Below are positions 17,501 to 20,000 of a stretch of 20,000 nucleotides of DNA, one piece after another. Location: the IMG/VR virus record IMGVR_UViG_3300030108_002488, positions 54,772-74,771 of that record, one strand, 5' to 3'. Origin of the DNA: an uncultured virus (IMG/VR IMGVR_UViG_3300030108_002488). Its lineage: Duplodnaviria; Heunggongvirae; Uroviricota; Caudoviricetes. Each line of letters begins with the position of its first letter. Position 1 is the stretch's first letter. A model generated the notes under the pieces. It searched no databases and had not been told where the DNA came from. It was given only the letters and a program-made list of their open reading frames with translations. The position numbers and the translations under genes were made by a program.

Positions 17501-20000
17501 CCAGTGTTTTAGATGTCTCAACCTTGTTTCTGTGGAGTTTGTTAAATCTAAAGATGAAGACCTTATTCCCTTTAAAGATAAGAAAGCAGGTATAACTCTT
17601 GTTCCATCAGGTGTATCGAATAAAGTAGAGGGGTCTCTAATATTACACCCTATTTGACTTTCTCTTGCTCTCATTAAAGCGTATGTAAAATAATCACTAG
17701 TAGAGCGGAATTTTCTTGAGTAAAAGTGTTTTTCATTAGCCCAATATGGAATACACGTTGCCTCTTCTGTTCTAGGTAAAACGCTATCTCCTAATGCTCT
17801 ACCTGCAAAAGGCCCACCTGTGTATAATCCTGTATGTACGATATGACCGTGTGCTTTTCCGTATAAAACCGCTTGACTAGTTTCTGCTAAAGATGTAGAT
17901 GTTAGTGTGGCGGGCAAACTACCTGTAACTGGTGATAATAAATCATCTGTCATGTGATTTGCTATATCGTGAGAATAAGCACTTTCAATAAAATAAGATT
18001 GCTGAGTTGGCCTCATGTATTTATTTTGTGTAGGGAATCCATTAGCAACATCTATTTGTGTAATAAAAGGATGTGCGCTACCACCATTATAAGTCAAACT
18101 ATATTTACCTAAATCTATTTTATTAGCGATAAGTCCTGTCTGTCCAGCACCCAATGAAACAGTGGATGAACCAAATTCTCCAACTATCGTAAAGCCGATA
18201 TCATCAAAAATTGTTTTAATTCTTCTAATATCAGTGCCTATTTTTATCGCTTGACCAACAGATAACTGTTGTTTGAAAACAGTGCCTGTTCCTATGACTA
18301 AACCTTGGCTACCCTGATTAATTGCTCGCACAGTTCCAGTAATAGGAACATCAAATTGAGTTGAGTTCGCAGCACCGATATGTCTTTGCCATCCTATTTC
18401 TGTGACTTTAGCGCTAGTTTGTACTTGCATATGTAAATCTTGGAATGCAATAAATTCACGGTCATGCGCCACATCATAAAGTAAAACACGAGCATGCCCC
18501 TCTGTTGCTAAATATGGGTCAACGAATGCAACTACTGGTGGATTATCTAATCCTAAACTAGCGTAATTTAATTCTATTGTTTTATTGACATGTTGTGCAT
18601 AATTTTCTGCTGTTTCTAAACAAGTATTACCGATTAAGAAATTTTCTAGTGGTATACTATTTCTAGGCTCATCGGATAAAGCACCCTCACCACCATTGAA
18701 GGCATTATATACTAAGCCTTCATTTAACACACCTCTACTTTTAGCAAACATTCCCTCTGTCGCATGAGGATTGTTGTAAACCATATTAGCCCATATTGTG
18801 TCTCCATGTCTCAAACCACCAGCGGCGTAAGGATATAACCAAGTTCTATTGAGTATGGCTTCGTCATCATTTGGAATTAAATCATGACACCCTACTCTTA
18901 AGTAATATTCAGTATTTGTACTAGAGACGTTATTAGTTAATGTTGCTATGTAAGTGTCGAGAATACTCCTAGTAGCAGAAGGAATGTCTGCTGCAAAATT
19001 AATAGTAGTATAGGCTTGACCATCAACAAAACCTTCACTAATACCACCAGCATCGGTAGTAGAAACCTGACCTAGGTAATACACTTTGGTAGCAACACTT
19101 GATGGACTAGCAGAGGCATTGTTAAAATCTTCAATGTATACATGGTCTCCCGTTCTTACAGATAAACCAATATTATTTGCTTGTAAAGAATAATTAGTAT
19201 CGGTATCAGGTACACCACTAGAATCGCTACTTACCACCCTTATAGATGTAGTAGAGGGTCTAGCGGCTAAAGCCCATGGTGACCTATCAAACGCTGGTCT
19301 AAATGTGTGAGATAAATTTGTTGTATCTTCTAAAGCAGTGTCTGTTTTATCTGTAAACGGATTAAAACCACGTTGTTTTAATGTTACAGTTTCACCTACA
19401 ATATAATCAGCATGAGTTGGATTAAGGAAATTAGGTAGTGTAGTTTCGTTTAAGCCTTGTACTAAGATTTGATTTTTATTAGTTTGAGGTGCCTCAACGC
19501 TAGTAGTGTAATGATTGAATATACCATGTGAACCCCAGTAAATAAACTCTGTTTCAGTACCAGCATCAGGTAAAGTCACGGTCGCTTGATAGTGATAGTC
19601 GCCCATTTCATAAGTTACATCGTTAGTATCTCCATCTGCTAAATTAGTCACATTAGGAAATAAATCTACATCTTCTTCACTCAATGTAATCATAAATAAA
19701 CCAGTATATGTATTGGGAGCAGTTGTGCTAGTAGTGGGTGTCATGATAGGAGTGACATCTAAAATAGTACCCTGTGCCCTTTTATTTCTTACTCTAGGTG
19801 CATGAGGGTTAGTCGAAGGTCCCGCTTTAAATTCAACAGCGCTCACATATTGCCTTAGTCCATAATCTACATTACCACCTTGAGTTTTTACACTAGACTG
19901 GTCAAAATAATATTCACTTCTTCTTTCGAAATCTGATGACGGTGTCATTCTATCTGAAGATATTGGTTTCAAACCTTCAGATGTATAACCGTCTCCTATC
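5591..20000 (-). CDS. Giant virion structural (tail-associated) protein, more than 4800 aa, 5'-partial
   Basis: Uninterrupted 14.4-kb frame ending TAA at 5593-5591. The TTG start at 19972 in the track is not supported: the frame stays open upstream (IGDGYTSEG-LKPIS) to the window edge. Rich in Gly/Thr/Ser/Asp/Asn, with several small tail-protein-type modules. It lies upstream of the hub, collar and fibre genes. Confidence 0.9.
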   Translation of the reverse strand, partial: IGDGYTSEGLKPISSDRMTPSSDFERRSEYYFDQSSVKTQGGNVDYGLRQYVSAVEFKAGPSTNPHAPRVRNKRAQGTILDVTPIMTPTTSTTAPNTYTGLFMITLSEEDVDLFPNVTNLADGDTNDVTYEMGDYHYQATVTLPDAGTETEFIYWGSHGIFNHYTTSVEAPQTNKNQILVQGLNETTLPNFLNPTHADYIVGETVTLKQRGFNPFTDKTDTALEDTTNLSHTFRPAFDRSPWALAARPSTTSIRVVSSDSSGVPDTDTNYSLQANNIGLSVRTGDHVYIEDFNNASASPSSVATKVYYLGQVSTTDAGGISEGFVDGQAYTTINFAADIPSATRSILDTYIATLTNNVSSTNTEYYLRVGCHDLIPNDDEAILNRTWLYPYAAGGLRHGDTIWANMVYNNPHATEGMFAKSRGVLNEGLVYNAFNGGEGALSDEPRNSIPLENFLIGNTCLETAENYAQHVNKTIELNYASLGLDNPPVVAFVDPYLATEGHARVLLYDVAHDREFIAFQDLHMQVQTSAKVTEIGWQRHIGAANSTQFDVPITGTVRAINQGSQGLVIGTGTVFKQQLSVGQAIKIGTDIRRIKTIFDDIGFTIVGEFGSSTVSLGAGQTGLIANKIDLGKYSLTYNGGSAHPFITQIDVANGFPTQNKYMRPTQQSYFIESAYSHDIANHMTDDLLSPVTGSLPATLTSTSLAETSQAVLYGKAHGHIVHTGLYTGGPFAGRALGDSVLPRTEEATCIPYWANEKHFYSRKFRSTSDYFTYALMRARESQIGCNIRDPSTLFDTPDGTRVIPAFLSLKGIRSSSLDLTNSTETRLRHLKHWTDMDFTRRLTIDLGEVALRDGVTDVEAAARETVRLINQAAAPNGRTHIRRPNTQYPGSTREDAANIHTSADFAATGSTFDPAVWWDTDKAFDSHDKGTHMGYLRAHLGRVVQDANGNTGHSIIIHSTVPGATGRNFCVWLDNSTGQAPYEPEFLIGHGGRFRTFWCQPDEMSGENMHPAPMPLNKHGRPFAPITSLQQYTLPDESIQEIKSTGEFSPPARARDGTFTNPVLRAVSMTSGSGMSHNTVNTESLEAEGFVTSLVKGLRTGTNALGRVNFGGLVAAGVPGFAPDAGKWGFGRNGDGRFEYRYGQAFNSQTLTNAQIVAGNGALQTQYTQHVPFTQTARAEVGNTPIYGLRLTNHRGEGYGIRYIYKKINDSFALDNTELPDTINQEIAIFFDDRDVSEGGFTIGAHMHGVGDATGRGFPADPTSGVTLAGWRGNKWRGVPTPNAAYNCTAVYDKTNKKITITPTAPYTSALGHFDIAGYMGFPLTDGVIQISDPFNDTGALGNYGNMYSYTSRSVSDGAFELYGVEGAEFDTCQNSTDFGSASVTITALITPTANWTTLVTDELIASVTTAAINLVNPNIEDGVPFDCTQMYAADGRTFAEWGVKPDSIRIRAYDITKKIEPISKYFSASIHRDMAIQSAHIEYGELDVLKIQNGEILVGGNGLGQDKATHDSFIDAGANVACGYIPYTMMQIQTKGKGSNTNTATPVIVDSKNIPIDTETWRSNLVGSRFLSYSGDHILPCINNPTMIIEKEDIHELNDIDLKTGNIYLFAKPAGQESSPADINAHNSNGASNKARVLSFGTIETMYYQEESKSVTSSQGASSTTELDTIADTVSDDWPSADSNKDAVVQKYGDLKRSKLFAGFRSIGSVHSEPVIYFNGGRDSTDHWVPLFFGGGFSGVTIDINDGTNNDYSSTYTHHYAAGPTGCSGIQHANEISTAFGMVDCNAIMAFFPGTALLNQHRGSLMSPTFNRDNVLTSDLDRGVGTINNAHPNKTPYSSGVHVQKPMPFLLRFAHPTARYQDHRDGTDNKTTYIIFGPGQAFPFSQEDATPDNTLEPHPGKAITTGNTWSSVPANSGTPIFPNHIDNEKGHFMPKTSDYQTTRHAFHYRQTINWEPPVGKPLSQTLLQRPESGNMYGDVFTLAFKASKSGISGDDVFEDFRTAQPNRHAIFMGPSGMRTNADLCFHMDGGYHPGGSWLDNQITANPPHPTDNSRVAKAGITGIELNPSAFRVAAPLATKLLYSGAADGSSFDSTALTASDVDMEYIVVDGTRCQNGEELATVLGAAINTFPGKGALKAIGGTFMPSMGNAMRQDKYGWTTGYTVKEYNNLNNNTATGAAYNNDPTITCTASNAIQVGMYVSGDGIPAGATVASITTGSALTNVSEFELSVSTTGGSKSSQTLTFTGADMEDVDGTACKIENAYVTIEHGTSRTAAEQVPASGWLRTANIHPQLTGSGELAPAFACYHSRIVYYDSGSSKYRIRFYLANNKITGTKVFESVATWDDYIAQSPLNMGASHAADVQIPDIEEGDALYIWTKAGVIQFNNDDNTARNHMTQVHFSGLVDAVDRTKPIGAVGWAGERYSYLNSLDTGSNRYGAGLGAWHPLLGFSPYGGSMTCATTLGHIPNVAPMPNSPESSAPDRTSTLAGLPSLTDPTGGDSSWSASPDFDTDTHVPTFSDNTGFHNQPVNYSYKDRFGNARDLSAQHPELVHPQGTYARALLVISYESELALVAKKDRNGITCVGDYIKVGQTGTDTHAGTTQWDERIHGQDRFTAPANAGPNVEALIAKSTSLPTISDYTAANALDNGFASTFFLHNTITTDTDLENAEPCRAYTGDLFFDLDESVGSVNTAGVTGLTPQRNIADYFYSQTNVSPSTIFSGGSSQLQRNSFWLGDVNGYDLYKNAPFKNFNVEHAVWKRMDGGNLTLPSVNARGLGAIPWVTRVSGAAVGGATGTAHVMGEKLYGNVRFSFETTNSAMMPVLQAQELSHPQYASKNPKEMRNILEIPNEEIQFQAISVIDDTGQTHELEGGSPLGVIIRAYKAAGERSASGLQPSLANSGLSPNFEIQLPDPNAIPGNILVRSGFDRLQAYQTETIGDGGMLHPDLSETHLGSLFDNSIKGPRSNKTMDELGWEHISQDENFPDSTRDGWVASTNNAPLRSSYELQDKTLYFHITKMGHSHTERYPTVYTHSSGIVNQALTVSSYASGTLTASATITSSIYDAGFASKEVKGSRRFLRISNTTGDSVVVSYTGISGTTFTGVVGDIDFTQFIADNPPATTTLNISPSYYVPAGSTRFFAARRLRDHAEVSGNSPDMAHTEYFEPSSNDTLAYARYSDKVLTPMPVPRMGHHFVNATMPMLPGHWAHPAYQGIYNKHRSENLTMRQDEDIITFKEGFTEGAADVTSTVGTSITDYIHPLSATLKSGSLTATPSGPSDIHGGAFTLMFESKIKYDGYGVLASSGEGGDINKAGGHSIVLEAANHYTLQHHFPDPAEVGAYQIVIQPNLRSTHLGGHHFNNSSSSALPDGSGEALTTQQVHLVVGVKQDDERLEADYVGGLTLILAQATVVDVRGCEIFINEVMLDHDPDQGSQFTNIPPLLLYNSLGVQGSESPSFTRRTHSYHVGMFDDATPGYTLNIPWWSIFHSRVTSMTGFKHLALFRIDNYYEFCRGSTGGIGCQLTLAGYPSIYPDIYSYRLENRSLCPTAVVVTKATNLLTVDDASYFPFIPLFGEKLTWVNSDGTTATLAYSSRGAVTNANSTTSHKFIVSAASGSLPEAGTVVRLTRPYSNASTTELFTEPKRSVLTRNLPQLLAGTRDTNSLHTPDAFICAWSPNLGRPYTFYSDSSRTFPINGSNLHADRAVDEAAYNSIPEHFETIHYHGVNSSISHGPFNMDIKTPKPPVPISETLSSYGTSGTINNVILTAGGSGYSATTQAGAGGTGSSATFDLTVSGSNVITAVAINNAGQNYSYGDTLTIAGGSSGTVKVNGLKRIFTFAGDVSSEVSVNDFLFADGKIIGKVLAVATANVTIADTGKGFEPATGSTIYVGADGSVGTGAEIHALNGIQSQGSTTIMLSNYWPCGSRGGPLNSNLDGYAMAAAGWNMAGYYPAGTSVYWLDKDDDGSYSVSLGLASTFNPNASPPAASGETVGGYRPQTFGYRFGLRQPWNRPQWGFYGLRAWMEDTLASGSAVPLTVENRQGPLVEYPFGGLTYVGNDSSIGSATLPVTYVGVMERQTNFTGMLGMDKPEFQTRYSDGRRMTRSYGCPVRTIRNANSTQATATLTAAAHGSAHGLTAGQKITLTSTDGTVVDYFVSDTNDGGVAHLGAVAAGATLKSTGSITATLSTNATGIAVGFDLSGGTTQHQFVVLLKAAIEHANGHNGKITVGTVTNGVVTLTQAVAGPAGNTDITENLATVSEANFTGGIGVPRDWWGDGEALGISSFENALGYYLIDWWGNTRGEDVRRMPVRGFGIRPAWDAGDAYEYDRTNNRTPHARIWNNGKPIFNLKGIADTSGNILSSRTNTIPRFGGRLNDINSNNSNELVDVFAPTNALRVGDMGGGRGVRYPTEFNEDVLADISTVYQGSGIVLSHHTSEPTFGTGYIRPRNDVLASDEIKRGISARLDIEEDGLLKPDAVASEKVESFTGTSVHKEAISRSSPRIGIDAENLESFSGGSSSDMIVVNTEAHSLHTDRNIGQRVILHGGMQAASQTLGDYDLTALTFAGQPQGGVMRFSHTSNIHALGGNYILESSSFANPFDDTGWGLSSWASASEKTSNPYQVYNSGTVISRYNYTDKSIQFLLRPTRLLDNKHVEVFRSNLALHSSSPQSDSNYFSATSGGKYGLFNYSTPSATSTNFSGSDLPASNAPYQPVYYVKTSSSVQSPASKGPKLPGTEATGFDKTSLKGTVTRLVISENTLQKFRGDSSRSDGSEKDYNVKARFTQSLHSKGHKEDVTFNTSDHSGDA
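5598..5603 (-). promoter_or_regulatory. Shine-Dalgarno site GGGTGA for the 478-aa gene
   Basis: Minus strand reads GGGTGATGCATAATG, with 6 nt spacing to ATG. Same geometry as the 4155 junction. Confidence 0.75.
7214..7654 (-). repeat. HANGHNG domain, copy in the giant protein (about 147 aa)
   Basis: QATATLT...ITLTSTDGTVVDYFVSDTNDGGVA...IAVG...LKAAIEHANGHNGKITV...VTLTQAVAGPAGNTDITE...NFTGG. Confidence 0.9.

Larger units (their letters stand above)
1..20000 (-). other. Tail/structural operon of a tailed dsDNA virus, probably infecting marine Euryarchaeota (magrovirus-like)
   Basis: Near-complete coding density on one strand, translational coupling, fibre/hub/collar-like products, GGTGA-type RBS and AT-rich composition. 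The host and virus group are inferred from recalled similarity, not verified. Confidence 0.65.

Noticed and set aside
220..17657. Short plus-strand ORFs (60-107 aa) and short alternative-frame minus-strand ORFs in the track
   Set aside because: All overlap long minus-strand genes. Most are antisense shadows of their codon bias, and none gives a recognisable product.
19970..19972. TTG start assigned to the giant ORF
   Set aside because: The frame remains open to the window edge, so this is most likely an internal Leu codon.
5591..20000. Giant ORF as a tape measure protein, a cellular adhesin/S-layer protein, or a product of stop-codon recoding
   Set aside because: It lacks helical repeats, RTX/cadherin tandem arrays and a C-terminal membrane anchor. 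The frame is open under the standard code, and neighbours end normally with TAA/TGA.
1..20000. CRISPR arrays, tRNA/ncRNA genes, terminators
   Set aside because: There is essentially no intergenic space (4 nt at most) and I saw no regularly spaced DNA repeats.

Overview
The window is a densely packed minus-strand tail/virion structural module of a tailed dsDNA virus. It has four coupled genes. (1) A giant protein of more than 4,800 aa whose frame runs off the right edge. (2) A 478-aa putative tail hub-like protein. (3) A 114-aa tail-collar/fibre-attachment-like protein. (4) A tail fibre of at least 1,268 aa (3806 to <1), missing from the ORF track because its stop is outside the window. GGAGGTGA/GGTGA ribosome-binding sites suggest an archaeal host. 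From memory, the gene set resembles marine Group II Euryarchaeota (Poseidoniales) viruses ('magroviruses'); this is inference, not a search result. Two signals stand out. First, a roughly 110-150 aa 'HANGHNG' domain occurs three times in two genes and appears inserted into loops of other domains. Second, reading by eye I found no GATC, AGCT, CCWGG or CCAGA/TCTGG in 20 kb, which points to strong avoidance of host restriction/methylation motifs. I saw no RNA genes, CRISPR array, integrase, transposase or reverse transcriptase.
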